This document shows positions 1 through 10,026 of a DNA stretch of 64,000 bases, piece by piece. How positions within the stretch are numbered: the stretch's first letter is position 1; every line of letters starts with the position of its first letter. The stretch is from the NCBI GenBank assembly GCA_965249225.1, contig CBDFLT010000007.1, positions 88,894-152,893 on the forward strand. The letters run 5' to 3'. Both the position numbers and the translations under genes were made by a program. This stretch comes from Dehalococcoidia bacterium (GTDB lineage: Bacteria; Chloroflexota; Dehalococcoidia; Lucifugimonadales; G963668185). The notes under the pieces were generated by a model. The model saw only the letters and a program-made list of their open reading frames with translations. It did not search any database and had not been told where the DNA came from.

Positions 1-14
1 AGGGAGATAGGCTG

Positions 15-1349
15 ATGCGCCAGGCCCAGGCCGCGGGGCAGGAGGCATCCAGACCTCAGTTAATACAATCCATGATCGACGCGATGCGCGTCCCGGATCT
101 TCGGACCCGGATACTGTTTACCCTGGGCATGCTGGTAGTGTTTCGGTTCGTGGCCCACGTTCCTGTGCCTGGGGTAGATTCGCAGGCGTTGGCGCAAGCC
201 TTTCAGCAGTCGGCGTTGCTGGGGTTCCTGGACCTGTTTAGTGGCGGAGCGCTGGCCAACCTGAGCGTTGCCGCGCTGGGCGTGTATCCCTACATCACCT
301 CATCCATCGTGATGCAGATACTCGTGCCCGTGGTGCCCAGCCTGAAGGCGCTGGCTCAGGAGGGTGAGTACGGCCGACAAAAGATCAACCAGTACACCCA
401 TTGGCTAACCGTGCCCGTGGCCGCACTGCAATCGTGGGGGCAGCTGACGCTGCTGAGGCAGTCGGGTGTACTTCCCTCAGTGGACTTCGGCCTTAACCTT
501 CAGACCATGGCCATGGTGTTGTCAATGGTAGCGGGGACCATGTTCCTCGTCTGGCTCGGCGAGCTGATCACCGAACGAGGCCTTGGCAACGGCATATCAC
601 TAATAATATTCGGCGGGATAGTGGCCCGCTTCCCACAGGTGATAGGGCAGGGCTTCCTGGAGAGAGACGAGGCCGGCGGCCTGCTCCTGCTGGGTCTGTT
701 GGGCTTCGCCATTATATACCTCATCGTGCTTTTCACCGAGGCTCAGCGCCGCGTGCCGGTGCAATACGGGCGAAGTGTATTCCGAGGAGGCCGCATGCAG
801 CGTGCCAGCGGCTCAACGTTCCTGCCGCTCCGAGTCAACTCGGCGGGCATGATCCCACTCATCTTCGCCTCCTCGATCATCATTCTGCCGGCGACCATCG
901 CGAGCTACTTCAGGAACCCGCTCAGTGACGACATACTCGCTAGCGGTGCCCGGTTCCTGTCCAATGCGCTGGACCCTTCCGGATGGATTTATTGGGCGAT
1001 GTTTTTCGTCCTGGTGGTCGTCTTCGCCTTCTTTTACACGATGATAACGTTCCAGCAACAGAACCTGGCCGAGAACCTCCAGCGGAATGGAGGCTTCATC
1101 CCAGGCATACGTCCGGGCCCACCGACCCAGGCGTACCTGAGCCGAGTGTTGATCCGCATTACCTGGGGCGGCGCCTTGTTCCTGGGGTTCGTTGCGATTA
1201 TTCCTTTCTTCGTCACTCAGGCCACCGACGTGCGCGCTCTGACGCTGAGCAGTTTCAGCCTCTTGATCATGGTGGGCGTGGCGCTGGACACAATGCGTCA
1301 GCTCGAGGCGCAACTGCTGATGCGCAACTACGAAGGATTCATCAGGTGA
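15..1349 (+). CDS. secY: Preprotein translocase subunit SecY
   Basis: Multi-TM protein with SecY motifs (LGVYPYITSSIVMQ, GLGNGISLIIF, GGFIPGIRPG, C-terminal YEGF); sits before adk-map-infA. Confidence 0.98.
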   Translation: MRQAQAAGQEASRPQLIQSMIDAMRVPDLRTRILFTLGMLVVFRFVAHVPVPGVDSQALAQAFQQSALLGFLDLFSGGALANLSVAALGVYPYITSSIVMQILVPVVPSLKALAQEGEYGRQKINQYTHWLTVPVAALQSWGQLTLLRQSGVLPSVDFGLNLQTMAMVLSMVAGTMFLVWLGELITERGLGNGISLIIFGGIVARFPQVIGQGFLERDEAGGLLLLGLLGFAIIYLIVLFTEAQRRVPVQYGRSVFRGGRMQRASGSTFLPLRVNSAGMIPLIFASSIIILPATIASYFRNPLSDDILASGARFLSNALDPSGWIYWAMFFVLVVVFAFFYTMITFQQQNLAENLQRNGGFIPGIRPGPPTQAYLSRVLIRITWGGALFLGFVAIIPFFVTQATDVRALTLSSFSLLIMVGVALDTMRQLEAQLLMRNYEGFIR

Positions 1350-1419
1350 CCGGACCGCAGGTACGCTCTCAAGACCCCACGCACAGAGCGCACGAGGCCG
1401 GACACGGAACCTACCGGGA

Positions 1420-2058
1420 GTGAAGGTGGTGTTGTTGGGGCCGCCCGGCTCAGGCAAGGGTACACACGTCGTCAGGCTCGCGGAAGAGCTGCATGTTCCC
1501 CGCATCTCCTCAGGAGACCTGTTTCGCGACCATCAGGTGCGGGACACGGAACTTGGCCGGCTAGCCCGATCATACATGGAGAGGGGGGTACTCGTTCCAG
1601 ATGAGGTAACCATCGGGATGGTGATGGGGTGGCTCGACGAGCAGCGTGAGGCCGGCGGGTTCGTGATGGATGGATTCCCGAGGACTCTGCCGCAGGCACG
1701 GGCCCTGGACGAGGCGTTGGAGGAGATGGGAGGACCGGACAGAGTTCTTTACATCAACGTATCTGAGCAGGAGCTCGTCTCAAGGTTGAGCGGCAGGCTC
1801 GTCTGTCGCAACTGCCAAACTCCTTACCATCTAAAATTCTCACCACCCGGGAGGCCTGGGAAGTGCGACGAGTGCGGAGGTGAGCTATATCAGCGCGACG
1901 ATGACAAAGCTGAAGCCGTGAAGAAACGCATCCGCGTGTATGCGGAGGAGACCGAGCCGCTGGTGCAGTATTACCGGGATGGAGGCAAGCTTGCGGAGCT
2001 GGACGGCGAAGGTTCTATTGAGGAGGTGTGGCGAGCTCTCATCGCCGCGGTACGGTGA
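1420..2058 (+). CDS. adk: Adenylate kinase with zinc-binding LID
   Basis: P-loop GPPGSGKGT, DGFPRT, LID CRNC...CDEC, QRDDD; canonical position. Confidence 0.97.
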   Translation: MKVVLLGPPGSGKGTHVVRLAEELHVPRISSGDLFRDHQVRDTELGRLARSYMERGVLVPDEVTIGMVMGWLDEQREAGGFVMDGFPRTLPQARALDEALEEMGGPDRVLYINVSEQELVSRLSGRLVCRNCQTPYHLKFSPPGRPGKCDECGGELYQRDDDKAEAVKKRIRVYAEETEPLVQYYRDGGKLAELDGEGSIEEVWRALIAAVR

Positions 2059-2144
2059 TTGGGCCGCAGGCACGCCATCTATCCGATCTGCGGAACCGGT
2101 TTGTGCTACTATAATGGGTGCCAACTTAAAGTTGAGGATGAGTC

Positions 2145-2942
2145 ATTAATCGCATCGCTGGGCCGAGCACGGCCCGCTCGAGTGGGATCACGATCAAGTC
2201 CCCCAAAGAACTGGACTTCATGCGCCAGGCGGGACAGGTGGTGGCCTGTGTCAAAGCCAAGGTGGTCGATGCCATCGCTCCAGGAGTGTCGACCCGCGAG
2301 CTCGACCGTATCGCGGAGCAAGAGATCAGAAGGCTGGGGGCCGTGCCCTCTTTCAAAGGATACATGGGCTTTCCCGCTTCCATCTGTGCGTCGCTAAACG
2401 AGCAGATCGTCCACGGGATTCCTGGAGACAGGATGGTTCGAGAGGGCGACATCATAAGTGTAGACATCGGAGCTATCGTCGGTGGGTTCCATGGCGACAG
2501 CGCGCTCACCGTCGGAGTGGGCAGGATATCGAACGAGGCCCAACGACTGATCGACGCCACTCGGGAATCCCTTTGGCGCGGCATCGCCCAGGCCAGGGCC
2601 GGGACACGCGTCGGCGGGATCTCGGCGGCCATCCAGGCCTACGCTGAGAGCCAGGGGTATTCCGTGGTACGCCAGTACGTGGGCCACGGCGTCGGCCGCT
2701 CACTCCATGAGGAGCCCCAGGTGCCCAACTACGGAGTGCCGGAGAGAGGGCCTCTGCTTCGCGAGGGTATGGCCATCGCCATCGAGCCTATGCTGAATAT
2801 CGGGGGGTGGGAGGCGGAACAGCTTGACGATGGCTGGACGGTTGTCACAGTCGATGGGAGCCTCTCTGCGCATTTCGAAGAAACGGTGGCGATAACGGAA
2901 GACGGCGCCGAGGTCCTGACAACTTTGGACCCTGTGTACTAG
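2145..2942 (+). CDS. map: Methionine aminopeptidase type I (start uncertain; first in-frame ATG at 2220, conserved ITIKS segment lies upstream)
   Basis: VHGIP, DIG, HGDSA, GHGVG..LHEEP, AIEPM and SAHFE metal-ligand motifs; frame is open from 2142. Confidence 0.95.
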   Translation: MNRIAGPSTARSSGITIKSPKELDFMRQAGQVVACVKAKVVDAIAPGVSTRELDRIAEQEIRRLGAVPSFKGYMGFPASICASLNEQIVHGIPGDRMVREGDIISVDIGAIVGGFHGDSALTVGVGRISNEAQRLIDATRESLWRGIAQARAGTRVGGISAAIQAYAESQGYSVVRQYVGHGVGRSLHEEPQVPNYGVPERGPLLREGMAIAIEPMLNIGGWEAEQLDDGWTVVTVDGSLSAHFEETVAITEDGAEVLTTLDPVY

Positions 2943-3028
2943 AAGCGGTTTCAAAATCAGCTCTCGGGTCGGTGTGGGGAGGTCTGCACGAGTCGACGAG
3001 CCTTCTGAAACAACTTGCGAGGAGATTG

Positions 3029-3253
3029 ATGGCAAGAAAGCAAAAGGAAGCTATTGAGGTAGAGGGGGTTGTAACCGAGGCTCTGCCCAACGCGACTTTT
3101 AGAATCGAGTTGGCTAATGGCCATCTGGTCCTGGCCTACGTGTCCGGCAAAATACGCCTTCACTTCATAAGGGTCCTGCCCGGCGACCGAGTTCTAGTGG
3201 AGCTTTCCCCGTATGATCTGACAAGGGGCAGGATCACTTACCGGTTTAAGTAG
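3029..3253 (+). CDS. infA: Translation initiation factor IF-1
   Basis: [20 protein letters not shown]...SGKIR...[18 protein letters not shown]; GAGGAG RBS before ATG 3029. Confidence 0.98.
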   Translation: MARKQKEAIEVEGVVTEALPNATFRIELANGHLVLAYVSGKIRLHFIRVLPGDRVLVELSPYDLTRGRITYRFK

Positions 3254-3351
3254 GGAGCTGATATAGTTCTAGACGGTAAAGCATCGGCGCATTTGGTGAA
3301 TAAGGGTTTAAGGCCGCACGGCGATAAAGGGCAAGAAATCGGAGAGCAAAA

Positions 3352-3465
3352 GTGAAGGTTTCCGCATCGGTTAAGCCTAGGTGCGCCAGGTGTCGGGTGG
3401 TCCGGCGCAAAGGCCGAGTCCTTATCATCTGTGACAATCCCAGACATAAGCAGAGGCAGGGTTAA
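3352..3465 (+). CDS. rpmJ: 50S ribosomal protein L36 (zinc-ribbon form)
   Basis: Not in the ORF track; manual translation from GTG gives [37 protein letters not shown]. Confidence 0.97.
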   Translation: MKVSASVKPRCARCRVVRRKGRVLIICDNPRHKQRQG

Positions 3466-3495
3466 GGACCGAACCTGGCTCAAGGGGGGCAAGTT

Positions 3496-3879
3496 ATGGC
3501 CTTGGTCGCCGGAGTTAACATCCCGGACAACAGGAAAGTCGAATACTCACTTCGCGCCATCTTCGGCATAGGTGCCTCTCAGGCGCGAGACGTCGTTCAG
3601 AAGGCGAACGTCGAAGGCAACCCGCGGGTCAAAGACCTGACGGAAGCGGAGCTATCCCGCCTTCGCGAGGTTATCGACCGTGAAAAAAAAGTGGAGGGCG
3701 ATCTTAGGCGCGAGGTAAACATGAACATCAGGCGCCTCATCGACATCGGCTCATACAGGGGCCTGCGCCACCGCAGGAACCTACCCGTCCGGGGCCAGCG
3801 AACGCGCACCAACGCACGGCAAAAGCGTGGCCCCAAGAAGCCGGTGGCAGGGCGACGCCACACCGTTACCAGGAAGTAG
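3496..3879 (+). CDS. rpsM: 30S ribosomal protein S13
   Basis: [38 protein letters not shown]. Confidence 0.98.
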   Translation: MALVAGVNIPDNRKVEYSLRAIFGIGASQARDVVQKANVEGNPRVKDLTEAELSRLREVIDREKKVEGDLRREVNMNIRRLIDIGSYRGLRHRRNLPVRGQRTRTNARQKRGPKKPVAGRRHTVTRK

Positions 3880-4014
3880 CCCCGGGCATAATGTACACGT
3901 TATGATCGGTCCCAGAGTGTTCGGATCGTGGCACATTAGGACGAGTGACGCGTTTATGTGGGGCCAAAGTAGATAGTAGAGGCGACCAGGCAGAAATGCG
4001 GAAGGAAGCAAGGA

Positions 4015-4401
4015 ATGGCGAGAAAACCAAGGGCTAGGCGGCGGGAGCGTAAATCCGTCCCGGTGGGAAGGGCTTACATCCAGTCCACATTTAACAACAC
4101 TATCGTCACGCTAACCGACTCGCAGGGGAATGTTCTCGCATGGGGTAGCGCGGGAACCGTTGGTTTTAAGGGGTCGAGAAAATCGACGGCCTTCGCCGCT
4201 CAAAGGGCGGCCGAAGATGCCGCCAAGAAGGGCAAGGAGCACGGCCTTCGCCAGCTTGAGGTATTTGTCAGGGGGCCGGGTGCGGGCAGAGAAGCCGCCA
4301 TACGCGCCCTGAACGGGATGGGACTCTTCATTACCAGCATCCGCGACGTTACTCCCATCCCGCACAACGGCTGCCGTCCGCCAAAGAGAAGGCGCGTGTA
4401 G
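4015..4401 (+). CDS. rpsK: 30S ribosomal protein S11
   Basis: [36 protein letters not shown]. Confidence 0.98.
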   Translation: MARKPRARRRERKSVPVGRAYIQSTFNNTIVTLTDSQGNVLAWGSAGTVGFKGSRKSTAFAAQRAAEDAAKKGKEHGLRQLEVFVRGPGAGREAAIRALNGMGLFITSIRDVTPIPHNGCRPPKRRRV

Positions 4402-4419
4402 TGAGGGGAGTGGAAAAGG

Positions 4420-5232
4420 GTGTTTAAGGTGGAACAGCGTACGGAGGCTCTGTCCCCGCGAGATGCTGGGGAGCTCGTAAATGAGGCATTTCTCATATTT
4501 GGCAGACATCTCAGGCGATTCATAGTGCTTGTGGCGGTCGTGCAGGTGCCCGTAAATATTGTGTCGCTCCTACTGGGCGGAGGCATGGTCGCCTACGCGG
4601 TGGGAGGCGCCCTGGGCCTCTTTGGCAGCATCATCGTCTATGCGATGCTAGTCGATGCAGTGGGCCAGCATTATGTCACCGGGGGCGTGGACGTCCGCCG
4701 GAGTTATCGCAAGGCTTGGGACCGCATCGCGTCGCTGTCGATATTGACCGGAATTGCGGCACTAGCGCTGGTGGCGGTCGCTGCGCCGGTTACGGTTATC
4801 GACAACGCGGTGCTTTTCCTGGTGGCGCTGATAGCAGTTGCCGCCATCGCTGTCGTGGTTTACCTTTCAATGGCGGTACAGGTCGTGATAGTCGAACACG
4901 CTAAGGCTTTCGACGCACTCAGGAGAAGCTACCTGTTGGTACGTGGGAGGTGGTGGCGGGTCTTTGGAGTTATTGCGCTATTCTTTCTAGTTGGATTTGG
5001 TCTTAGTCTTGTAGTGGCTCTTCCCATCGCTCTAGTAGTTGGAATCGCCAATCCTGTGGCCGGATCGCTCTCCAGTGACGTTCTTCAGTTCGTGAGCGGA
5101 GTGGCCGTTACGCTGGCCGTGTCGCCCGTCATTTACATCGGCGGTACGCTTCTATACTACGATCTCAGAGTGAGGCGGGAGTCGTACAATATCTCTGTCT
5201 TATCTTCTGAGATGGGGTTGGCCCTGGCTTGA
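4420..5232 (+). CDS. Hypothetical integral membrane protein (about 6 TM; GDPD-membrane-domain-like)
   Basis: 270 aa hydrophobic ORF with ALRRSYLLVRGRWWRVFG and LLYYDLRVRRE motifs typical of this membrane family. Confidence 0.75.
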   Translation: MFKVEQRTEALSPRDAGELVNEAFLIFGRHLRRFIVLVAVVQVPVNIVSLLLGGGMVAYAVGGALGLFGSIIVYAMLVDAVGQHYVTGGVDVRRSYRKAWDRIASLSILTGIAALALVAVAAPVTVIDNAVLFLVALIAVAAIAVVVYLSMAVQVVIVEHAKAFDALRRSYLLVRGRWWRVFGVIALFFLVGFGLSLVVALPIALVVGIANPVAGSLSSDVLQFVSGVAVTLAVSPVIYIGGTLLYYDLRVRRESYNISVLSSEMGLALA

Positions 5233-5283
5233 GGATGAGGCCCTAGCCGAACGACGATGTTGGAGGTTTGAGAAAAAATATCA

Positions 5284-5913
5284 ATGGCTCGCTACATCGA
5301 CCCAGTATGCCGCCAGTGTCGACGGATCGGAGAGAAGCTCTTCCTGAAGGGGGAGCGCTGCTATACACCCCGTTGTGCTATCGAAAGGCGTAGGAAGCCT
5401 CCCGGGGACCAGACGCCCAGAAGGCGTCGGCCCTCAGATTGGGCGCTTCAGCTCAGAGAGAAGCAAAAGGCGAGGTGGTCATACGGAGTGCTGGAACGTC
5501 AGTTCAGGCGGTACTTTGAGACGGCAAAAGACAGGCCGGGGATTACGGGTGACAATCTCCTTCAACTGCTGGAGAGTCGGCTCGATAACGTGGTCTATAG
5601 GCTGTCCTTTGCGGACTCTCGCCGCCAGGCCAGGCAACTGGTAACGCACGGCCATTTCGCCGTCAACGGGAAGCGGGTGAACATACCCTCATACAATGTG
5701 AAACAGGGCGATGTGATCGGCTGGGGAAAGGCCAATGGGTCTCTCCCTGAGTTCGTTAATATGCTCACTGAAGGCATCCCAAAGCGTCCGGTCCCTGAGT
5801 GGCTTAAGCTGGAGGTGTCCAACCTTACGGGTGAGGTATTAACCATGCCCACGCCCTCAGATATCGATACCGGTATCGACGTGCGGCTCATCGTCGAACT
5901 CTACTCCAAGTAA
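5284..5913 (+). CDS. rpsD: 30S ribosomal protein S4
   Basis: MARYIDPVCRQCRR, QLREKQK, LESRLDNVVYR, ARQLVTHGH, IVELYSK. Confidence 0.98.
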   Translation: MARYIDPVCRQCRRIGEKLFLKGERCYTPRCAIERRRKPPGDQTPRRRRPSDWALQLREKQKARWSYGVLERQFRRYFETAKDRPGITGDNLLQLLESRLDNVVYRLSFADSRRQARQLVTHGHFAVNGKRVNIPSYNVKQGDVIGWGKANGSLPEFVNMLTEGIPKRPVPEWLKLEVSNLTGEVLTMPTPSDIDTGIDVRLIVELYSK

Positions 5914-5969
5914 GCTGAGTTAGTGGCAACCTTGAACTTCTTCATTTGTGAAACGGAGGATCTGTCCGC

Positions 5970-6989
5970 ATGGTCTTAGAGTTCCGAGGAATCGCCCCGA
6001 GTGAAACCGAAACCAGTGAAGAGGTCGTACCACGCCCGCGTATAACTGTCATCGACGACGATGACCGCTACGGCAAATTTGCTGTGGAGCCGCTGGAGGA
6101 GGGGCACGGGGTGACCCTTGGAAACCCACTTCGGCGAGTCCTCTACAGTTCGCTTCCTGGTACGGCCGTTACTTGGGTCAAAATCGAGGGCGTGCTGCAC
6201 GAGTATGGGACAATTGCCCACGTCAAAGAAGAGGTGGCTGAGCTACTGCTCAACATCAGGGGCATCAGGCTTAGGTCCAGTGTGGACCGGCCCGGTAAAC
6301 TTCGCCTCGAAGTGGCCGGGGAGGGTCAGGTGTGTGCGGGAGATATCATGGCGTCCTCCGACTTCGAGGTCGTGAACCCCGAGCTGCATCTTGCGATCCT
6401 TGACTCCAACGAAGCTAAGCTATCGGTGGAGCTCAACGTCGAGCAAGGGAGAGGCTACTTGCCCGCCGGCCATGGTGATGGACTTCCCATCGGTGTTCTA
6501 CCCATGGACGCTGTGTTCACGCCCATCAGAAAGGTGAACTATAACATCGAGAAGACCAGGATTGGCCAGAGGGCCGACCTCGAGCGCCTGGTGCTTGAGG
6601 TGTGGACAGATGGGTCCATTACTCCCGTGGAGGCGGTACGGCAGGCCTCCAACATCCTGGTTGAGAATTTCTTCCTGCTCGCCAGCGTCCAGAGGGAGGT
6701 CGCAGACGGCGCCGAAGGCCCACCCATTGCCCTAAAGATCTCCCCTGAGAACTACAACGTCCTGGTCGAACGGCTGGAGCTGTCGTCCCGGACTCTGAAT
6801 TGTCTGAAGCGGGCCAGCATCAACAAGGTTGGCCAGGTTCTTGAACTGAAGAAGTCAGAGCTGCTGCAGATCAGAAACTTCGGGGAGAAGTCGCTCAACG
6901 AGCTTTACTCTCGTCTGCGGGAGATGAACTTATTTCCGCCTGAGCTGGACCCAGACGCACCAGACGTACAGGAATCGGCCGAGGAGTAG
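5970..6989 (+). CDS. rpoA: RNA polymerase alpha subunit
   Basis: EPLEEGHGVTLGNPLRRVL, VLHEY, FTPIRKVNY, alpha-CTD RTLNCLKRA/RNFGEKS. Confidence 0.98.
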   Translation: MVLEFRGIAPSETETSEEVVPRPRITVIDDDDRYGKFAVEPLEEGHGVTLGNPLRRVLYSSLPGTAVTWVKIEGVLHEYGTIAHVKEEVAELLLNIRGIRLRSSVDRPGKLRLEVAGEGQVCAGDIMASSDFEVVNPELHLAILDSNEAKLSVELNVEQGRGYLPAGHGDGLPIGVLPMDAVFTPIRKVNYNIEKTRIGQRADLERLVLEVWTDGSITPVEAVRQASNILVENFFLLASVQREVADGAEGPPIALKISPENYNVLVERLELSSRTLNCLKRASINKVGQVLELKKSELLQIRNFGEKSLNELYSRLREMNLFPPELDPDAPDVQESAEE

Positions 6990-7076
6990 ACCGGTCCCGG
7001 CCTGCTACTGAAGCAGTACGGTTACATAAGTGAAAAAGTAGGGATTGTTAAAGCGGCTTTCAGGGAGCTAAAACTG

Positions 7077-7430
7077 ATGAGGCACCGACTCTCAGGGCGA
7101 AAGCTGTCGCGACCCACCGGGCACCGGATGTCCATGCTAAGGGGCATGGTAACCGATCTCTTGCGCGACGAAACGATTCGAACGACCGACGCCAAGGCGC
7201 GAGAGGTTAAGCGCATCGCCGATAAGGTTATAACAATGGGCAAGAAGGGTACGCTAAGCGACCGACGCCAGGCCCTCGCCATCCTCTATGACAAGGATGT
7301 GGTGCGGAAACTGTTCGATGAGTTGGGGCCGAGATACGAGTCCCGAAGAGGTGGATATACCAGGATGGTAAAGCTGGGCCCCCGCAAGGGCGATGCAGCG
7401 CCCATGGCTGTAATCGAGCTGGTGGCCTAG
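7077..7430 (+). CDS. rplQ: 50S ribosomal protein L17
   Basis: MRHRLSGRKLSR, TTDAKAREV, GGYTR...RKGDAAPMAVIEL. Confidence 0.98.
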   Translation: MRHRLSGRKLSRPTGHRMSMLRGMVTDLLRDETIRTTDAKAREVKRIADKVITMGKKGTLSDRRQALAILYDKDVVRKLFDELGPRYESRRGGYTRMVKLGPRKGDAAPMAVIELVA

Positions 7431-7548
7431 CAGGAGTTGGCGCGGTCTATTAATTTGCTAAGAGTGTGTGGAGATAGCAGTCCTGGGATGGCAAAAGGCC
7501 CTTTTTAGATAGATTCTGGGGACTAGAATCCGCAAAACGCGTGGCCAG

Positions 7549-8328
7549 ATGCGACTGGCTTTAATCGTTGAATACGAGGGAACCGACTACCACGGTTTTC
7601 AGTACCAGGTTGACGCTCCTTCGATACAGGGGGAGTTAGAAAAGGCGATAGCCCGTTTGACAGGAGAAAAACCGAGGGTAGTGGGAGCGGGGCGGACCGA
7701 TGCTGGGGTCCACGCTAAAGGCCAGGTGGCGGCGTTCAAGACCAGCTCAGGGTACCCGCCCGAGACCTTCGTAAAGGCCCTGAACTTTTACCTGCCAGAG
7801 GAGGTCGCCGTCAGGGCTGCGTATCAGGTACACGAGGGGTTCGATCCACGGAGGGAAGCGTTGAGCCGGACGTACAGGTATACCATCCTCAACAGTCCGA
7901 CGCCCTCGCCCCTCTCCCGACGGACGGCTTACCTCGAAGCAGCCACCCTGGACATGGGGGCGATGCAAAGGGTTGCCCGGTTGCTAGTAGGGAGGCACGA
8001 CTTCTCCCGCTTCGCCGGCCCAATGGAGGACTCGAACGCTAGCACCGAGCGCGAGATATATAGCACATCGGTTACTAAGGAGGGTGATGTCATCACCTTC
8101 GACGTCGAGGGCAGCTCGTTCCTGCCTCACCAGGTGCGCCGGATGACGGGGGCACTGGTAGACTTGGGACGTGGTGCCCTGACTATGGATGACATAAGGG
8201 CTATGATCGATGGAGGGCCGTGCGAGGCCGTGGCACACTCCCTGCCCCCGCGAGGGTTGTGCCTTATGGCCGTCACCTATGCGGACTTCCCCCCTGGAGA
8301 GGGTCGTTCAAATGACGATGGACAATAA
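7549..8328 (+). CDS. truA: tRNA pseudouridine(38-40) synthase
   Basis: [21 protein letters not shown] (catalytic Asp), FLPHQVRRM. Confidence 0.96.
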   Translation: MRLALIVEYEGTDYHGFQYQVDAPSIQGELEKAIARLTGEKPRVVGAGRTDAGVHAKGQVAAFKTSSGYPPETFVKALNFYLPEEVAVRAAYQVHEGFDPRREALSRTYRYTILNSPTPSPLSRRTAYLEAATLDMGAMQRVARLLVGRHDFSRFAGPMEDSNASTEREIYSTSVTKEGDVITFDVEGSSFLPHQVRRMTGALVDLGRGALTMDDIRAMIDGGPCEAVAHSLPPRGLCLMAVTYADFPPGEGRSNDDGQ

Positions 8329-8785
8329 ACCTTACAGAACGCGGGCGTCTGAGCTAAAGCCCGAGTGGCATGTTATGGATGCCGAGGGAAAGACCCTGGG
8401 CAGGCTCGCCACTGAGATCGCCCAACTTCTCCAGGGCAAGCACAAGCCGATATACGTGCGTCATCTGAACACGGGAGACTTTGTAATCGTGGTAAACGCC
8501 GAAAAGGTACGGGTTACCGGCGACAAGCTCAATAGTAAGATGTATTATCGCCATAGCGGGTATCCCGGCGGACTCAAGGCGCAGACCCTGTCCGACGTCC
8601 TGGAGAGGAAGCCAACGCAAGTGCTGAAGCGTGCCGTCAAAGGGATGCTGCCCAAGAACGCGCTTGGAAGGCGGATGCTGTCCCGTTTGAAGCTGTACGC
8701 GGGCGGCACGCATCCCCACGAGGCCCAGGTGAAGGCCACTCAAGGGGCCGCGGAGGCGAAGCTGAGTAAGACAGAGGGAGCCTAA
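8312..8785 (+). CDS. rplM: 50S ribosomal protein L13
   Basis: [43 protein letters not shown]; start placed at ATG 8312. Confidence 0.97.
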   Translation: MTMDNKPYRTRASELKPEWHVMDAEGKTLGRLATEIAQLLQGKHKPIYVRHLNTGDFVIVVNAEKVRVTGDKLNSKMYYRHSGYPGGLKAQTLSDVLERKPTQVLKRAVKGMLPKNALGRRMLSRLKLYAGGTHPHEAQVKATQGAAEAKLSKTEGA

Positions 8786-8786
8786 G

Positions 8787-9185
8787 TTGAACCAGCAGCA
8801 GGAGTACTACTACGCCACGGGTAAGCGTAAGACATCCATCGCCAGGGTAAGGCTGTACAAGGACGACGGCCCGATGGTGGTCAATGGCAAGCCCCTGGAG
8901 GAGGCGTTTGCGTGGGCGTCGTGGCAGCAGCACATCTTCGAACCATTCAAGGTGACCAACACCTTTGGTGACTACAGGATAACCGCTAAGGTGTCAGGCG
9001 GGGGGGTTATGAGCCAGGCAGGCGCGCTTCGCCACGGCATATCCAGGGCCCTTCTGGTGGCCGACCCCTTGCTGCGCCAGTCCCTGAAGCAGGCTGGGCT
9101 TCTCACCCGGGATGCGCGAATCAAGGAGAGCAAGAAGTACGGCCTGAAACGGGCTCGAAAGGCCAAGCAGTACACCAAGCGTTAA
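8787..9185 (+). CDS. rpsI: 30S ribosomal protein S9
   Basis: [31 protein letters not shown]-terminal [11 protein letters not shown]; TTG start. Confidence 0.98.
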   Translation: MNQQQEYYYATGKRKTSIARVRLYKDDGPMVVNGKPLEEAFAWASWQQHIFEPFKVTNTFGDYRITAKVSGGGVMSQAGALRHGISRALLVADPLLRQSLKQAGLLTRDARIKESKKYGLKRARKAKQYTKR

Positions 9186-9210
9186 GGGACCCGTAAACCG
9201 CATACTTCGG

Positions 9211-9241
9211 AAACGCCCTCGGTGCACCGAGGGCGTTTTTG
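9211..9241. terminator. Bidirectional intrinsic terminator between rpsI and the convergent VOC gene
   Basis: Perfect 28-bp palindrome AAACGCCCTCGGTGCACCGAGGGCGTTT followed by a T run. Confidence 0.85.
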
Positions 9242-9243
9242 TG

Positions 9244-9642
9244 TCATTCGGGCTGGCCGGGTGTCTCTTTAGGTTTGTGTCCGCCGTCCGTTAGCTCCAT
9301 CAGCTGGAGGACGTTGCCGTCCGAGTCCAGAAAGGTGCCGACCCAGCCGCCCCAGTGCTCCTTTTCGGGCGGCCTGATGAACTTCACCCCCTTTGCAGCG
9401 AGGGACCTGTGCGTGCCATGGATGTCGCCCACTCTAAGGTTCACCATTATGCGGTAGGGGTCCTTTGCATCGCCTTTTACCTCGGCATGCTTACCGATGC
9501 TGAGCCTGATGTCGCCCCACTTGAACGCGACAAAGTCCGGGCGGACCGAGTGAGGCGTTAGGCCCAGCGTGTCGCGGTAGAAGGCGGTCATTCGCTCCAT
9601 GTCCTCGGTCCAGATTATGACGCCGACCACCCCATCGATCAT
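9244..9642 (-). CDS. VOC/glyoxalase-family protein
   Basis: MTAFYRDTLGL and WGGWVGTFLDSDGNVLQL, typical of the beta-alpha-beta-beta-beta fold. Confidence 0.85.
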   Translation of the reverse strand: MIDGVVGVIIWTEDMERMTAFYRDTLGLTPHSVRPDFVAFKWGDIRLSIGKHAEVKGDAKDPYRIMVNLRVGDIHGTHRSLAAKGVKFIRPPEKEHWGGWVGTFLDSDGNVLQLMELTDGGHKPKETPGQPE

Positions 9643-9818
9643 TCCAGGGCCTCCTTTGGACGGACTCTTTACCCTGTCGCATCCATGTTATGGGCGGTGA
9701 GCGTGCCCGGTCAATCAGATGGCTTTCGTAGGAAGGGAGACCGTGTAAAGAAGGGAAAAGGTCTTGAATTGGTCGAAAGGTGGTTCCAAGTTTCGGCGGC
9801 GAGGGTTTATAATCAATG

Positions 9819-9974
9819 ATGGAGACAGTAGTTGGGAAGTTGATAGCTTATGTGGAGGGTCTCTAGAAAGGAGGCTGTGTCATTGGATAGCAGTAGTAGT
9901 AGGAGGTACTCCGGGTAGGTGTTCCCTGGAGCACCTTCCATATAAGGCCCCGCTCCGGCGGGGCCTTATTCTTT
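9819..9974 (+). ncRNA. Candidate stand-alone small RNA or short-peptide transcript
   Basis: TTCCAA-18-TATAAT (9784-9813) upstream, an internal hairpin, a strong terminator and no ORF longer than 16 codons inside. Confidence 0.45.
9942..9974 (+). terminator. Intrinsic terminator
   Basis: 12-bp stem ATAAGGCCCCGC-tccg-GCGGGGCCTTAT followed by TCTTT. Confidence 0.8.
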
Positions 9975-10026
9975 GTCAAAGACGCGTATAGCTGTCCGAG
10001 CGGAATCCTGATAGGAGCGCAAGAAC

